DNA from: Chiloscyllium plagiosum
Taxonomy: Eukaryota
Assembly (NCBI RefSeq): GCF_004010195.1
Contig: NC_057719.1
Coordinates: forward strand, 77,702,373 to 77,737,012
Length of the DNA: 34,640 nt
Reading direction: 5' to 3'
In this document: positions 34,459 through 34,640 of the stretch, in pieces
How positions within the stretch are numbered: position 1 is the stretch's first letter
Layout of the letters: every line of letters starts with the position of its first letter
Position numbers and translations under genes: made by a program
The notes under the pieces: generated by a model
What the model was told of the DNA's origin: nothing
Databases searched by the model: none
The model's input: the letters and a program-made list of their open reading frames with translations, nothing else

Positions 34459-34640
34459 GTCCACAGCCACCGGGAACAACACCGTTTCTGCTGTTGCCGC
34501 AGCCACTTCCGTCCCCGGAGTTGCCGTCGCTGCATCTACGTCCGCCCCCAGTGACGTCAATCACCTGCACAACGACCACGCCGCATGTGTCTCCACCCCC
34601 GTGCCAATCTCCGCCCCCCTGCTGATCTCCACCCACACGC
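34459..34640 (+). other. Start of a CpG-rich insertion with an open Ala/Thr/Ser-rich frame (probably a young retroelement, possibly a PLE linker); truncated by the window end
   Basis: Abrupt rise in GC and CpG at the CR1 breakpoint; frame TATGNNTVSAVAAATSVPGVAVAASTSAPSDVNHLHNDH... is open to the window end. Confidence 0.4.

Overview
This is AT-rich eukaryotic non-coding DNA, most likely an intron of a large gene in a shark genome. The shark assignment is inferred from HE1/V-SINEs, HER1/CR1 LINE tails and DeuSINE-like relics. No intact host CDS is recognisable, and nearly all protein-like ORFs in the track are decayed retroelement fragments. The window is a layered mosaic of CR1, L2 and RTE LINE relics, tRNA-derived SINEs, two Tc1/mariner-type DNA elements and at least four families of Penelope-like element (PLE) fragments. 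The most interesting system is PLE-based. Its terminal repeats carry minimal hammerhead ribozyme (HHR) cores (CUGANGA-helix II-GAAACGUH, with helix III reduced to the palindrome ACGU). These repeats occur (i) as TSD-flanked fold-back insertions, (ii) as a TSD-flanked, internally deleted mini-element with two direct HHR-bearing repeats (23740-24776), and (iii) in two local duplications of host DNA (10791-11019 copied from 11771-11997; 14721-15119). A few strong + strand splice-signal pairs (18072-18111, 28162-28246, donor at 367) may be small host exons. Repeat family names come from motif recognition only, and repeat boundaries are approximate unless a TSD or TIR is given.
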